Both the position numbers and the translations under genes were made by a program. From positions 1 through 50,071 of the IMG/VR virus record IMGVR_UViG_3300001598_000010: 50,071 bases of DNA; one strand, written 5' to 3'. The DNA comes from a virus. Below are positions 8,364 through 17,136 of this stretch, one piece after another. Below the pieces are notes generated by a model. That model worked only from the letters and a program-made list of their open reading frames with translations, searched no databases and was not told the DNA's origin. How positions within the stretch are numbered: position 1 is the first letter of the stretch; each line of letters opens with the position of its first letter.

Positions 8364-9110
8364 TTAGAATGGCATATTACTGAATGATAAGACAAGACCT
8401 TTGTCTGCAACGAACACCGGCTTTCCGATTTCCGTTTCAATGTCGCGCTTGAATTCCTTGGCGTTGGAATTTCCATCGGAAAGGTGAATCAAGACAATGT
8501 TCCGGACATCGGTCAGATCGTTTGCTTTGAGGATTTCCAGACAGGTTTCAAAGCTGCAATGGCTTTGAAGCGTGCGGTTGCGCATCTTCATCGGAATTCT
8601 TCCATTCGCAACATTGGCATCAAGGATGTCTTTGCGGTAGTTGCATTCCAGAAGAATGTGGTTCAGTCCGGAAAAGGTGAAATGCAGATAATATGTGTCC
8701 GTTGCGAAAAGGCAAGTTCCCATTTCTGGGTGATTGATAAGAAATCCGAATGGTTCTTTGGCATCGTGCTTCGCATCGAAAGGGATGACACGGAATCTTC
8801 CGATTTTTTCCGCGACTTTCGATGTGATCTGATGACACATCCGGTTCTGGGAAATGTTCAACGCTTCCGATGTTCCCCTTGACATATAACAAGGGATCTG
8901 GGCGGAAAGGCACTTTTCAACCTCTCTGGCGTGGTCTTGGTGTTCGTGTGATACAATTACACCATTGATGCGTGAAATGTCGAAATTCAAGGCTTTTTTG
9001 ACCTCAATGAACGGCACACCGCATTCAATCACCAGGCATTCACTTCCATTGTCCAGAAGATAGCAATTGCCTTTTGAACTTGACCCCAAAACTTTCAATT
9101 CCATAACCAT
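8364..9110 (-). CDS. Metallo-beta-lactamase-fold hydrolase/nuclease
   Basis: 248 aa. Canonical HxHxDH motif (SHEHQDH). Adjacent to RecT and the SbcC-like ATPase. Confidence 0.75.
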   Translation of the reverse strand: MVMELKVLGSSSKGNCYLLDNGSECLVIECGVPFIEVKKALNFDISRINGVIVSHEHQDHAREVEKCLSAQIPCYMSRGTSEALNISQNRMCHQITSKVAEKIGRFRVIPFDAKHDAKEPFGFLINHPEMGTCLFATDTYYLHFTFSGLNHILLECNYRKDILDANVANGRIPMKMRNRTLQSHCSFETCLEILKANDLTDVRNIVLIHLSDGNSNAKEFKRDIETEIGKPVFVADKGLVLSFSNMPF

Positions 9111-9131
9111 TCGGATTCCTTGATTTCACGA

Positions 9132-9887
9132 TTAGAACCCCGGATTCCTTGGTTTGGAATCGGTCTTGACCACTTCGCCGGTCTTTGTGTCAACGACAGC
9201 TTCAACGGTCTTGTCACCGCTTGGACTTCCGGCATCGAAACCGATCTGTTCTTTATTGGCATCAACCGCCTTTTCTTCCTGAATTTGTTCATCCACCGGA
9301 ATCACTTGTTCTTCCTGTGTGTACATTCCGCCAAGAAGTGCCGGGAACGCTTCGCGCAAAGCCTGAACCTTTGCGACCTTGGCAATCATTGTGGACTTCT
9401 TTTCATTCCAGATGGATTGCTTCTTGTCGTATTCTTCCAAGTTCACCTTGGAAACATAAGGGAACTTTCGGTCGGAACGATAGACCTTTGCCCATCCACC
9501 GACAAGGACATCATTCTTGTCGCAATAACATCCCTCTAATTCGATGACCGCATCCCCGCGCCTTACGATGATACCGGCTTGAATTCCGTCATAATTCGGT
9601 GACAGTTCCGCACGCTTCATCAAGGCTTCCTTTGACACAATCATCTGTGCCGGTTGCGTTCCGAACTTCACCAGATAGGCTTCATTCAAGAACGGGTTCA
9701 ACTGATTGAACTGACAGATGGAAATGAACTGAACAAGGTCTGCATCGGTGACATCACCGTTTCCCTTGGTAAGATAGTTTCGCACGATTGTGCGCGAAAG
9801 GGTTACTTCTTGCCCGTTGGACAAATACACAACCGGCTTCTTTTCTTCTACAACCTGAACGGCTGACTTTTGATTTTCGTTTGCCAT
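9132..9887 (-). CDS. recT: RecT/Bet-family single-strand annealing protein
   Basis: 251 aa. The segments QFISICQFNQLNPFLNEAYLVKFG, IVSKEALMKRA and MIAKVAKVQALREAFP resemble the RecT family. Confidence 0.8.
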   Translation of the reverse strand: MANENQKSAVQVVEEKKPVVYLSNGQEVTLSRTIVRNYLTKGNGDVTDADLVQFISICQFNQLNPFLNEAYLVKFGTQPAQMIVSKEALMKRAELSPNYDGIQAGIIVRRGDAVIELEGCYCDKNDVLVGGWAKVYRSDRKFPYVSKVNLEEYDKKQSIWNEKKSTMIAKVAKVQALREAFPALLGGMYTQEEQVIPVDEQIQEEKAVDANKEQIGFDAGSPSGDKTVEAVVDTKTGEVVKTDSKPRNPGF

Positions 9888-9893
9888 AATTGA

Positions 9894-11858
9894 TTATTTA
9901 ACGATAAGTTTGGAATCAGATGTGACAACCATCCGGACAATTTGGCTTTCCGTGTGAATGAATTCATTCACGCTTTCCGCATTGTCAAGGAAGATTGGTG
10001 CTTGCACGCCATAGTGCTTGCAAAGTGTGTTGATTATGTCAAGACCGGCATTGATCTGCGATGCGCGGTTGGTCGTTCCGAATGGGACACCGTTGACAAG
10101 TGCAACACAAGTTTCAACGGGATTCCCGTCAATGGTATAGTCGAACAGACGGAATGTGACCATCTGGAACATCTTGTTGACCCTTGCCGTGCATTCATCA
10201 ATGCGTGCCTTGGTGAAGTTCTGAATGGTGAATTCGGTCTTTTCGATGTCGGCAATCTGTTGTGCCAGATCCTTGCCCTCTTTTTCAAGGCTTTCGATTT
10301 CTTCATTGGCACGAATGATTTGGTCTTGTGCCGCAAGTCTTTTCATCAGGTCATCGCGCTTCTGGTTGGCATTGGACAACGATGCTTTAAGACCATCCGA
10401 ATCAACGGATTCGGAAGAAATGTTGTGGTCAATCTCCGCTTCCATTTCATCCAATGACTTTTTGATGTCGGCATATCCGGGAACCTCTTCAACCTTGACT
10501 TCAACCGGCTTAACTTCCGGTGTGTTGTCCAATTCGTTCTGCACCTTTGCAAGATGCTCGTTGGCGCACTCAATGTCGAACACCAACTTTTCAACGGTCT
10601 TATTCCTTTCTTCAAGTCTGGCTTTGACGGATTCCCATTCCTGATTGTTAAGCTGACCGTTATTTGTAATCTGTTCAAGCCTTGCCGCCTTTTTCGCATT
10701 GAACTTTGCCTTGATGGTTGAAATCTGGTCATCCGGCAACGGCTGACCGCAAGTTGGGCAAACGGCAGACCCGTTCCATTCGGTCGCATCAAGTGAAGTC
10801 CATTCATCCAGAAGTTCGGTGCGTTTCTTCGCGCAAGCATTTGATGTTGCTTCAAGATGCTTGATTTCATTCTTGGCGGTTTCCAATTCGGTTTCTTTCA
10901 TCCGGATTCCGGACTTGATTGAAGATATGGACAACACAAGTTCAACACGCTTCTGGTTGGCATCCTGTGCATCCTTACGCGCCTTTTCCTTTGCTTCATA
11001 GAATAGTGAATCAAGGTGTGCTTTGGCGTTGTTGATTTCGCTTTGTTTATCCTGTTGTGCCTTGAACTTTTCGCGCTGCGCCCTGACAACATTCTGCATC
11101 TGAACATTGATGCTTTCGATTTCCTTGTTGACATCCGCCAGATCCTTTTTCAAGGCATCGAAATCTTCCGATTCCGGCATCATCTTGTGGGTCTGGTCAA
11201 TTCTTGGCTGAATGTGGTCAAGTTCGGTTTTAAGGCGCGATTTCTTGGCGGCAATCTCACGCTTGAAGTCAAGCAATGATTTCCCGGAAAGACGGTCAAG
11301 AAGCAATGCGAAGTCCTTGTTGTCCTTTGCGATTTCTTCATCCGTGACATTCCCGGCAAGTTGGAAAAGCTGTTCACGCTGCAAGTTCCACTTCATCGAA
11401 GTGAAGAACGCCGGATTGGTTATCATCTTGAACACATCGGCATCAACGATGGCTTCAACGCGCTTGGCATATTCGCCGACATTGACCGGTGATTCATTCC
11501 ACCAACATTCCGTGCGGTTGCCCTTGAACACAAGTTCAACGCATCCACGCGGCTTGACCCAATCTTCAACGAAAGAACGCTTCAAGGTGATCTGTTCGCC
11601 ATTCACAAGAAGAACACCGGTGACGGAACATTCACAATTGTGAAGTGGTTCGCCATTCACGATGGTGCGGATTTCATAATCTTTGCGTTCCTGTGCATCC
11701 TTTCCGAATAGCAACCAAAGAAACGCATCGAAATGTCTTGACTTGCCCAATCCGTTTGCGCCACATATTGTGGTGATGTCGGAATTGAAAGTCGTTGTCC
11801 GTTCCTTTTCACCCTTGAAATTGACAAGGGAAAGGGATTTCAAAACGATCTGTTTCAT
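9894..11858 (-). CDS. SbcC/Rad50-like SMC-type ATPase
   Basis: 654 aa. Walker A GANGLGKS, a long coiled coil with a CPTCGQPL zinc hook, and a C-terminal IFLDNAES Walker B/D-loop. Confidence 0.8.
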   Translation of the reverse strand: MKQIVLKSLSLVNFKGEKERTTTFNSDITTICGANGLGKSRHFDAFLWLLFGKDAQERKDYEIRTIVNGEPLHNCECSVTGVLLVNGEQITLKRSFVEDWVKPRGCVELVFKGNRTECWWNESPVNVGEYAKRVEAIVDADVFKMITNPAFFTSMKWNLQREQLFQLAGNVTDEEIAKDNKDFALLLDRLSGKSLLDFKREIAAKKSRLKTELDHIQPRIDQTHKMMPESEDFDALKKDLADVNKEIESINVQMQNVVRAQREKFKAQQDKQSEINNAKAHLDSLFYEAKEKARKDAQDANQKRVELVLSISSIKSGIRMKETELETAKNEIKHLEATSNACAKKRTELLDEWTSLDATEWNGSAVCPTCGQPLPDDQISTIKAKFNAKKAARLEQITNNGQLNNQEWESVKARLEERNKTVEKLVFDIECANEHLAKVQNELDNTPEVKPVEVKVEEVPGYADIKKSLDEMEAEIDHNISSESVDSDGLKASLSNANQKRDDLMKRLAAQDQIIRANEEIESLEKEGKDLAQQIADIEKTEFTIQNFTKARIDECTARVNKMFQMVTFRLFDYTIDGNPVETCVALVNGVPFGTTNRASQINAGLDIINTLCKHYGVQAPIFLDNAESVNEFIHTESQIVRMVVTSDSKLIVK

Positions 11859-11878
11859 AGATAATAAATAGATAAATG

Positions 11879-12151
11879 TTATTTGGATAATAATGTCAAT
11901 GCTTTGTCTGCATCAATGATGATAGTGCGACACCTCTGTTCGATGGCTTCATCAATCACACCGCTTGCCTTGATGCGTGCGGCTGTCCGGATGGAACAAT
12001 TGTAAATCTTCGCAATGCCCGCAAGACCATATTCCAGATGTCTTTCTTTCGCCGGTTCTGGTGTTGACGGTTTTTGACCGATGATTTCAAGAAGCTGCCC
12101 AACCGTCAGATCAATGATTCGCGTGTTCTTGTCTATTTCCATTGTTTTCAT
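11879..12151 (-). CDS. Small HTH DNA-binding protein
   Basis: 90 aa. The GLAGIAKIYNCSIRTAARIK segment looks like a helix-turn-helix. The start could instead be the ATG at 12142. Confidence 0.5.
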   Translation of the reverse strand: MKTMEIDKNTRIIDLTVGQLLEIIGQKPSTPEPAKERHLEYGLAGIAKIYNCSIRTAARIKASGVIDEAIEQRCRTIIIDADKALTLLSK

Positions 12152-12302
12152 CTTTTGGGATATAGCAAGCGCGGAACATAATGAAACACATCACGGAAGT
12201 CCAGATGTGCCAATAAGCACCGCAAAAGATGACACCGATAAGACACGCAATGCCAAGTGCCAAGAACAAGAATGCCTGAATGTTGTTTATTATTCTTTCC
12301 AT
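12111..12302 (-). CDS. Small membrane protein (two predicted TM segments)
   Basis: 63 aa with hydrophobic stretches AFLFLALGIACLIGVIFCGAY and TSVMCFIMF. It overlaps the next gene by about 32-41 nt. Confidence 0.45.
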   Translation of the reverse strand: MERIINNIQAFLFLALGIACLIGVIFCGAYWHIWTSVMCFIMFRACYIPKDENNGNRQEHANH

Positions 12303-12312
12303 AGTGGTGATG

Positions 12313-12704
12313 TTAAATTTCGAATGTTGATGATTCTTCTTTTTTGCGGCTGCGCACCCTGATGGTGTTTGTTGTTCTGGTTCTTGTTGTCCTTATCCGG
12401 ACAAATTGGTCAATCGAGTTGTCGAAGATGCTTGGAAGCAAGATTGCCAGAAGAACGAATGCGCCGATGCCGCGCTTCAATGGTGAAAGGTTGAATGATA
12501 TATGAAAGTGTGTGCAAAACCACCAAGCCGACAATTCATTTGCTTTGTTGATTTCCAACTTTTCATAAATGTTCCGGGTGTGGTTCTCAACAGTCCTTTC
12601 AGAAAGGCAAAGCCGGTCGGCAATCTCTTTCTTGGATGCGCCCCACGCAATCAGTTCGCTGATTTCGCTTCGCGCTTTGTGAGTTCGACACCGGCTTTCA
12701 TCAT
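12313..12704 (-). pseudogene. LuxR/GerE-type HTH protein with a C-terminal TM segment, apparently disrupted by a 1-nt frameshift near 12664-12668
   Basis: The ATG at 12704 overlaps the upstream stop (ATGA) and reads MMKAGVELTKREA, then stops. In the -1 frame the text continues EISELIAWGASKKEIADRLCLSERTVENHTRNIYEKLEINKANELSAWWF, followed by a TM helix. That frame has no upstream ATG/GTG/TTG. Confidence 0.5.
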
Positions 12705-12931
12705 TCCGCCCCCCAGACCGATAGAATGTTGTACTTATGGAACACTTGTTCGATTGCGGCGGCTTCTGTCACCTTTGGTTCTACATTACCATACAAGCGT
12801 TTTAGGAAGTTGGGTCTTGTAGTGATACCCAATGCAATCATCAGTTCTTCACGAACCGATTGCACATCTTTCTGCTTGACTTGATTCCACCCTTTGAGAA
12901 AGGAAAATTTTGGATTTACATCTTTTGCCAT
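12701..12931 (-). CDS. Hypothetical first gene of the early (minus-strand) operon
   Basis: 76 aa from the ATG at 12931 (MAKDVNPKFSFLKGW...). The longer track ORF to 13036 would run through the divergent promoter/operator region. Confidence 0.5.
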   Translation of the reverse strand: MAKDVNPKFSFLKGWNQVKQKDVQSVREELMIALGITTRPNFLKRLYGNVEPKVTEAAAIEQVFHKYNILSVWGAE

Positions 12932-12976
12932 AAGAATTGAGTAATTTTTGTTATTTTTGAACTTAATTTTCTGCGT

Positions 12977-13058
12977 TACCTTTGTAATCGTATTCGTTTC
13001 GTGTGCAAAGTAACGAAATAATTCACGAAACGCCAAACATTTTTCGTGTTATTTCGTG
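12977..13058. promoter_or_regulatory. Divergent immunity-switch region: TAnnTTTG-type box plus CACGAAA/TTTCGTG half-sites
   Basis: TACCTTTG at 12977-12984 (plus strand). TTTCGTG at 12997, 13042 and 13052. CACGAAA at 13024. The region lies between the divergent XRE repressor gene and the early operon. Confidence 0.5.
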
Positions 13059-13103
13059 ATATATTTCGCAGAATATTACAAGGAAAACTATAAGTTATTG
13101 AGT

Positions 13104-13466
13104 ATGAACGCAAAAGAAATTAAGGAACTTCGTGACAAACTTGGCATTTCGCAAGAAAGGCTTGCCGAAATATTGGGTGTATCATCACGAACCATCCAGA
13201 ATTGGGAAGCCGGTGGCACAATCCCGCAAACAAAGGAACTTGCGCTGCAATCCATCAGCTTGAATCCGGACATCAAGTTCTTTGGCGGCGGTCAATCAAA
13301 TGTCAACGGTGACAACATTGCCGGTGGAAACATCAAGGTTGAAACACCGAAATCACAAGACAAGTGGATTGAACTTCTGATGTCAAAAGAACTTTCCTTG
13401 CAGAAAGCGCAAGACCACATCACGGAACTTCTGGACATAATCAAATCAATGCAACGCAATGGATAA
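13104..13466 (+). CDS. XRE-family HTH transcriptional regulator (candidate prophage repressor)
   Basis: IKELRDKLGISQERLAEILGVSSRTIQNWEAG is a classic XRE HTH. Start refined to the ATG at 13104. It is divergent from the early operon and upstream of the integrase. Confidence 0.75.
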   Translation: MNAKEIKELRDKLGISQERLAEILGVSSRTIQNWEAGGTIPQTKELALQSISLNPDIKFFGGGQSNVNGDNIAGGNIKVETPKSQDKWIELLMSKELSLQKAQDHITELLDIIKSMQRNG

Positions 13467-13641
13467 AGTGGAAATCAATGTCAATGAGTATTACGGGAAC
13501 GCATCTTATTATTCCGTGATGCCGCAAGCTGTGTTTGATCTGTTAGAAGCCGCCTTTCTCAACGGGTTGACATCCGTTCCGGTGGACAAGGATGTCTTTG
13601 AACAGATGGAAGCCGATTATAAAAAGAAGATGAATCAATAA
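13459..13641 (+). CDS. Hypothetical small protein
   Basis: 60-aa ORF overlapping the repressor stop by 8 nt (translational coupling). Confidence 0.5.
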   Translation: MDKVEINVNEYYGNASYYSVMPQAVFDLLEAAFLNGLTSVPVDKDVFEQMEADYKKKMNQ

Positions 13642-13652
13642 GTCCTGGTTCT

Positions 13653-13934
13653 ATGAAGAAATCAATCAATGCCAAGACAATTGAAGTGCAACGCCGGTTC
13701 TTCGAAGCGTTGGACACATTGATTGCATTGGAACGCATCACCGGAATAAAAGGATTCTGCGTGAAATACGGATTGAACCGGGTGAAATATACAAGATTGA
13801 AAAACGATCTGGGGAAACCCATCGAAGAAATGTTCTATAAAAGCATTGATGTTGATGCGTTGGCGGACATCTGCGAACTTGGGGTTTCTCCGGAATGGTT
13901 GCTTCTTGGTCGCGGAAAGATGCTGATGAAGTAA
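13653..13934 (+). CDS. CI-repressor-like HTH DNA-binding protein
   Basis: 93 aa. The C-terminal GVSPEWLLLGRGKM resembles the phage CI repressor HTH-domain signature. Confidence 0.55.
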   Translation: MKKSINAKTIEVQRRFFEALDTLIALERITGIKGFCVKYGLNRVKYTRLKNDLGKPIEEMFYKSIDVDALADICELGVSPEWLLLGRGKMLMK

Positions 13935-13935
13935 G

Positions 13936-15213
13936 ATGAAGATTGACCGGACAACAAAATTCTATCTGCACAAGCGCAAGACGGGAGAAACACGCAACCT
14001 TACAATCCGGATGCGCATCACCTTGCGCGGACAACGACCTTTGGATTTTTCCACCGACTACCGCGTTGATCTGGAAGATTGGGATGCGCAACACCAGATG
14101 GTCTTGCCGACAAATCCGAATGCGGATGAAGCGAATTCCACAATCACCGAATGGCGTGCTATCCTGAAAGACATCTTCGCACGATATGAACTGATTGAAA
14201 AGCGCGTTCCGATGCCCGGCGAAGTCAAGGATCTGTTCAATGATACCATCGGAAGAAAAACCATCCTGAACGAAAGGTTTCCAGAACCGACAAAGGAATT
14301 CTTTGAAGTGTTCGACTTGTTTTGCCGGGATATGGGTGAACAAAACCAATGGACTGATTCAACCCACGAAAAGTTTTCTTCGCTTCGCGGACACATCCGG
14401 GAATTTGACCCATACATTTGTTTTGAAACCATCAATGAAAAGAAGATGGTCGAATATCTTGCCTATCTGAACCGGAAGCAATTGCGGAACACAACAATTG
14501 CCAAGAACCTTGGATTCTTCCGGTGGTTCTTGCGTTGGGCGGCTGATAACGGATATTACAACGGTGATGTCCACGAAAAATTCAAGCCGAAATTGAAAGG
14601 CACGAATGTGGAATCACACCAGATCATATATTGCACCCAAGAAGAACTTCGCAAATTGGAAGAACACCAATTCACGGCAAAGGAAGCTGCACTTGAACGG
14701 GTGCGGGATGTCTTTTGTTTCTGTTGCTTCACCGGCTTGCGATATTCCGATGTTGCCAAGTTGAAGCGTTCCGACATCAAGCAAGGCTTCATCAAGGTGA
14801 TGACAAGAAAGACCGATGACGGGTTGATGATTGAATTGAACCGGCATTCGCAAGCCATTCTGGATAAGTACCGGGAACAAAGGTTTCCATCCGATCTGGC
14901 GTTGCCTGTCATATCCAACGAGAAGATGAACCAACATTTGAAAGTTCTTGGTCAGGTGTGCGGTCTTGATGACCCAACAAGGGTGATATACTTCCAAGGC
15001 AAGAAGCGTTTTGAAGATGTCGTTCCGAAATGGTCTGTCCTGACCACACATTGCGCAAGAAGAACATTTGTTGTCACCGCGCTTCAATTGGGCATTCCGG
15101 CGGAAGTCATAATGAAGTGGACAGGACATTCAAGGTATGAAGCAATGAAGCCGTATGCCGCCATTGTTGATGAACTGAAAAAGAAGTCAATGTCAAAGTT
15201 TGATGAAATATGA
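13936..15213 (+). CDS. int: Tyrosine site-specific integrase
   Basis: 425 aa. An N-terminal arm-binding/SAM-like region. Catalytic-domain motifs GLRYSDV, HCARRTF (HxxR) and a C-terminal GHSRYEAMKPY. Confidence 0.9.
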   Translation: MKIDRTTKFYLHKRKTGETRNLTIRMRITLRGQRPLDFSTDYRVDLEDWDAQHQMVLPTNPNADEANSTITEWRAILKDIFARYELIEKRVPMPGEVKDLFNDTIGRKTILNERFPEPTKEFFEVFDLFCRDMGEQNQWTDSTHEKFSSLRGHIREFDPYICFETINEKKMVEYLAYLNRKQLRNTTIAKNLGFFRWFLRWAADNGYYNGDVHEKFKPKLKGTNVESHQIIYCTQEELRKLEEHQFTAKEAALERVRDVFCFCCFTGLRYSDVAKLKRSDIKQGFIKVMTRKTDDGLMIELNRHSQAILDKYREQRFPSDLALPVISNEKMNQHLKVLGQVCGLDDPTRVIYFQGKKRFEDVVPKWSVLTTHCARRTFVVTALQLGIPAEVIMKWTGHSRYEAMKPYAAIVDELKKKSMSKFDEI

Positions 15214-15465
15214 TTGGACACGAAATTTCACGATGTACACAGACCACTTTCACGAAATTGCGCGTACACGAATTTGTACACGAATTTTGGCATTTTGGGC
15301 ATCCTGATGTGACATCGCAGAATGACAAGAATAATCCGTTTTCGCTGATAATCAATCGTTTGGCATCTTATGGCAGCGCAAAAAGACACGGGTCGTGCTT
15401 CCTCCCTCTCCGCAATGACAACTGAAAACCAGTTAGTTATGCAAGTTGTACACGAATTTGTACAC

Positions 15466-15496
15466 AAAAATGCCCCATTTTTGGGGCGTTTTTTGT
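15466..15496 (+). terminator. Rho-independent terminator after the lysogeny operon (potentially bidirectional)
   Basis: GCCCCA-TTTT-TGGGGC hairpin flanked by AAAAA and TTTTTTG. Confidence 0.6.
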
Positions 15497-15736
15497 TTCC
15501 GGACACTTCGCCAAAACTTGCAATTTCGTGCAAGGCTTGCAAGTTCTTGGAAGATGACTTCATTTTGTAGTCAACCCGTGACAGATCTTCACGGTTGAAA
15601 GCGTTTCAACTTGTAACGGTTTCCCATCCGGATTTCCTTTGCAAATAAAAAATCGCGCTTGGGCGCGTTCCGATGCGGTTTCCCATCCGTTCCGTCACAT
15701 AAGCTGCAAATAAGATTCTGTTCCAATTCCGGTGAT

Positions 15737-15799
15737 AAGTGTGCCAGAAATGCCCCAAAGTGTGCTAAATATCCGGATAAGCGTGCCAAAACACACTTA
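15737..15799. repeat. Three tandem 21-bp-phased repeats (AAGYGTGCYAAA core)
   Basis: Units start at 15737, 15758 and 15779 (aagtgtgccagaaa, aagtgtgctaaata, aagcgtgccaaaac). Confidence 0.7.
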
Positions 15800-15903
15800 T
15801 TGTGCAACATACTTGCATAATAAGGGTGATGGAATATGCTTGACCATTTCCCCGGCATCACGAAAATGGTTGCCGAACATTTTCCCGGCATCAGGAAGAT
15901 GAT

Positions 15904-15939
15904 ATAAAAAGACCCGGACATCGAAAGGACATCCGGGTC
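15904..15939 (-). terminator. Rho-independent terminator after the lysis cassette
   Basis: 8-bp stem GACCCGGA / TCCGGGTC, followed on the minus strand by TTTTTAT. It lies directly after the stop of ORF 15944-16543. Confidence 0.55.
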
Positions 15940-15943
15940 AATC

Positions 15944-16543
15944 TTACATAAACAACCGCTTCATTGCGGCAAGGACTTTTTTCAACCAATTGGCAATCGG
16001 CTTGCGTTTCAACGCCAACCAGATCGCGGCAACAAGCGCGGCAATCACGATGACTGTCACCATTATATATTTCGGTGCTTTCGCCACTTCCTTTGGCGTT
16101 TCTCTTTCCACGACAAGTTCTTCATCGGTGGATGACTTGGATTCCTGTTCTTCCGAACCGCTTGAAGATTCGGATTCATAGGATTTGCCGGTCTGTTCCG
16201 TTTCGGTTTCGATGGTTGTCTGTTTGACAGACACAACATTCCCACCCCTTACGGACACCGAACCATCATTTCCGATGGTGACTTCTGGTGCGACCGGCAC
16301 GGATGAAGTGTCGGTTTGCATCTTGTCCGGAAAGGAATCAGGCAACGGCAACGGGTTGAATGTGATTTCAACGATGGTAATCTTGCCGGATTCGGTCTTG
16401 GTCGTGTCAACCATCCTTTCGGTGATGATGCTTGAATCCCTGGTCGTGTGCGTGTAATCATCCGTTGTCGTTGTCTGGGTCTTGTGCAATGTTGCACACC
16501 CCGCAAGACAGATGCACGCAAGAAACGCGAAAGTCCTTTTCAT
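15944..16543 (-). CDS. Spanin-like lipoprotein with a C-terminal transmembrane anchor (u-spanin-like architecture)
   Basis: 199 aa. Signal peptide plus lipobox (FLACICLAGC), a T/S/E-rich middle and a C-terminal TM (YIMVTVIVIAALVAAIWLAL). Its start overlaps the endolysin stop. Confidence 0.55.
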   Translation of the reverse strand: MKRTFAFLACICLAGCATLHKTQTTTTDDYTHTTRDSSIITERMVDTTKTESGKITIVEITFNPLPLPDSFPDKMQTDTSSVPVAPEVTIGNDGSVSVRGGNVVSVKQTTIETETEQTGKSYESESSSGSEEQESKSSTDEELVVERETPKEVAKAPKYIMVTVIVIAALVAAIWLALKRKPIANWLKKVLAAMKRLFM

Positions 16544-17136
16544 TAAGCAAATTGTTTTTTCAGGTCATACAATCTATTTTTCCAACCCTTAACGAATCGT
16601 TGGTTGGTGTGGCGCATCCTTTCAACTTCCGTTGACTTGCGACCAATCCGCGCTTCGTAACGGACAACGGATGAATCAACAATGTCATCGAAGTATTTAA
16701 GGCGTGCATTGAAGATCTGGTCGAACAGCTTGTCCGGATCTGCCGCGTTCAAGGCGGCAAGGGTCTTTTTTCCGACAATGCCATCCTGTTCGACACCAAG
16801 AAGCCTTTGTGGAATCTTGATGCCATACACGCCAGAACCCCACACCCAATCAACAAGGATGTTGGCAATCTTCTGTGACTTGATTTTGTCGGCTTGCCAC
16901 CTGTCCCAATAATGTGGTTTCAAAACCCTTGTCATCACATCATTGTTGCTGATAAGTTTCAGGTCGGCAACATCAATCTTTCCGTCACCGTTCTTGTCAT
17001 ATCCACACCGTTGCCAAGTCGCAATGGTCACGCCTTTGTTGGTCGCGCCACCGGAATCAGCCGGGTCGTTTACGAATCCGCCTTCCCATTTGAGGATGAA
17101 CGGAAAAAGGTTTTCAACTTTCGCCATAGTCATCAA
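16543..17136 (-). CDS. Endolysin, glycoside hydrolase family 108 with a C-terminal peptidoglycan-binding domain
   Basis: 197 aa. The [20 protein letters not shown] signature of GH108. The C-terminal PG_binding_3-like part ([17 protein letters not shown]). Confidence 0.85.
   Translation of the reverse strand: MMTMAKVENLFPFILKWEGGFVNDPADSGGATNKGVTIATWQRCGYDKNGDGKIDVADLKLISNNDVMTRVLKPHYWDRWQADKIKSQKIANILVDWVWGSGVYGIKIPQRLLGVEQDGIVGKKTLAALNAADPDKLFDQIFNARLKYFDDIVDSSVVRYEARIGRKSTEVERMRHTNQRFVKGWKNRLYDLKKQFA

Larger units (their letters stand above)
15214..15943. other. Repeat-dense non-coding region, candidate attP (arm-type sites); a replication origin is not excluded
   Basis: About 730 bp with no convincing ORF. 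Exact 18-mer GTACACGAATTTGTACAC occurs twice (15264, 15448). A 14-mer CGGTTTCCCATCCG occurs twice (15617, 15676). There are three 21-bp-phased repeats (15737-15799), two CCCGGCATCA units (15845, 15868) and multiple CACGAAW motifs. Confidence 0.5.

Noticed and set aside
13738-14349. 203-aa minus-strand ORF
   Set aside because: It is antisense to the integrase gene, which has clear catalytic motifs.
15737-15883. Possible CRISPR array
   Set aside because: The repeats are only 21-23 bp in period with no intervening spacers of CRISPR size, and the units are degenerate. No cas genes are present.
15589-15921. 110-aa minus-strand ORF (MSGSFYIIFLMPGKCSATIFVMPGKWSS...) and neighbouring ORFs 15228-15563 and 15370-15570
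   Set aside because: Their peptide repeats simply mirror the DNA direct repeats of the post-integrase region, and their composition is not protein-like. The region is treated as non-coding.
15214-15943. tRNA gene or tRNA-derived attP core
   Set aside because: I saw no cloverleaf-compatible segment and no GGTTCGAATCC-type T-arm in this or any other intergenic region. This was an eye scan only, so a proper tRNA search should confirm it.
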